The notes under the pieces were generated by a model that made no database searches, had not been told where the DNA came from, and saw only the letters and a list, made by a program, of their open reading frames with translations. A stretch of DNA of 63,774 nucleotides, counting the filler, from Globobulimina sp. (Eukaryota): the NCBI GenBank assembly GCA_003354225.1. It is 46 parts of 46 records of this genome, joined end to end, with 100 filler letters (N's around TTAATTAATTAA, not from the genome) between each part and the next. Parts side by side here need not be neighbours in the genome. Positions count along the whole stretch, not along the records: positions 62,487 to 63,774 come from PIVH01019382.1; 45 more parts are not named here. The stretch is one strand, 5' to 3'. Shown here one piece after another: positions 62,487-63,774 of the stretch (positions are counted from its first letter, which is position 1; each line of letters starts with the position of its first letter). The position numbers and the translations under genes were made by a program.

Positions 62487-63774
62487 AAATATGCCAGAAA
62501 TCGTGGAAATAATGCAAACTTATTCCATACTCAATTAATTGTTAATCAATTAAAAGATGGAAACAAAAAGAAAAAGAATGAAAATGTATTACCATTTGTA
62601 AACATCAGAGGCAAAGGAAAGAAGATCAAGACAAGAAAGAAAGGAAAGAATACAATCAATAGCAATAATGATAATCATGGAAAGTAAATTAAATAAAAAG
62701 AATAAAGTCAACCAACCAATCTCCAATATAATTAAACCTATTCTCCACCTTTTTATCTGCTACTTTCTCTCCCTATGTATCTATTCCCTGTATAGTCACT
62801 TTGTAGCTACAGCTGCAGACAGAGAACATTTTATATTTACGAATTTGTATATTGAGTATTTTACTCATTACAATCCGTTAAATCACCATATAAAATCCTC
62901 TACTGCAGCTCCAGCTTTTTATTTTGAAACACGCCGAAATCAAAGTTTGAACAACAATTTTAAATTATTAATTAATCCCTCAATCTTATACAATTTAATT
63001 AACAACGAAAAACCAATTAAAACGACCTATAAACGCACACAAAAACACTCACAAAAACGCATTGAAAAACACAAACACCGATGGTAATATATAAAATACT
63101 GCAATACAACATAAATGGCCTAATAAACCCATCCAAAATGTCACAGGAAGATAAGTGCCATAAAATCTACCAATTAATGAAAGCTAAACAGATTGACTTC
63201 CTCCTATTGCAAGAGTGGAGCGCTACACTTCGATACCAGATAACCCCAAATGACACCCACTACACTGATAAAAATGACATAAAACATAACCTCAAATTCC
63301 CCATACACTATTTCCAAAACTATAAAGTTCACCACGTTGGTACAGAGACTGCCATTCTGTACCGGGAAACGCTTAATGTCACTCCATTACCTTCCCCACC
63401 AAATTATAACCATAAAAAAAGAACACATAACTGCCACATAACAAGCATAATATTACACAGTGGAGACCGAGATATAGGAATCCATTCACTGTATAACTGC
63501 CCGAAAAATCCGAATATCGACCAATTATTTGATTACCCAATGACCGTGGATCAGAACGTCATTGCGGGCGACTTCAATATCCCCAATACTGTATGGGGCA
63601 GCAATAGATCAACAACAGAATCCAGTAACTTTGTTGATGCGATCCATTTCCACAACCTACAAATCCTTAATATTAATAATCCATCATTCACTCATATACA
63701 TAAATCATATGGCACGAAATCCAATGTAGACCTCACGTTAAGCTGCGCCGAATTACAACGTACGAAATGGGATA
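62487..63774 (+). mobile_element. Non-LTR retrotransposon: end of ORF1 (to ~62687) and ORF2 APE endonuclease (63081-end)
   Basis: Unannotated open frame from ATG 63081: ILQYNING, LLQE, TAILY, SLY..P, IAGDFN…WGS, TH and VDLTL. Confidence 0.9.

Noticed and set aside
62668-63087. 139-aa ORF between LINE ORF1 and ORF2
   Set aside because: Low-complexity, strand-biased spacer; probably incidental.

Overview
This is not a contiguous locus. It is 46 unrelated contigs of about 1.29 kb each, joined by an artificial 100-nt linker (44 N + TTAATTAATTAA + 44 N, stops in all six frames), so gene neighbourhood across linkers is meaningless. Most contigs are AT-rich eukaryotic DNA with short (~50-100 nt) GT-AG introns. 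The gene content (axonemal dyneins, Nup107, H2B, CDK, Rab, RCC1, GPCRs, Cys-less pLGIC, Cys-rich PT-stalk surface proteins) suggests a protist, by my inference a foraminiferan or other rhizarian. Bacterial contigs or fragments (IS110 transposase, ectoine-type aspartokinase, an rppH 5' end) and possibly metazoan transposon DNA are mixed in, as expected for a single-cell amplified or metagenomic assembly. Main leads: (1) A 33-aa N-terminal module (RKRRSxLLVSGYVRxCRxQYxHTDIISIIxAFH; 87/99 nt identical between copies) is fused to unrelated housekeeping domains on different contigs: RCC1 repeats and a Rab1-like GTPase whose catalytic Gln is replaced by Ile. A diverged version is fused to an isolated delta-COP mu-homology domain. 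This is a candidate modular adaptor or decoy system built by domain shuffling. (2) A 100-nt intron in a GT31 galactosyltransferase is a TIR element flanked by a CAGGT duplication that supplies both splice sites (introner-like). (3) An IPNS-family 2OG-Fe(II) oxygenase carries a signal peptide and C-terminal KDEL. (4) Several head-to-head gene pairs have only 33-79 bp between start codons, and several MITE or foldback elements are present.
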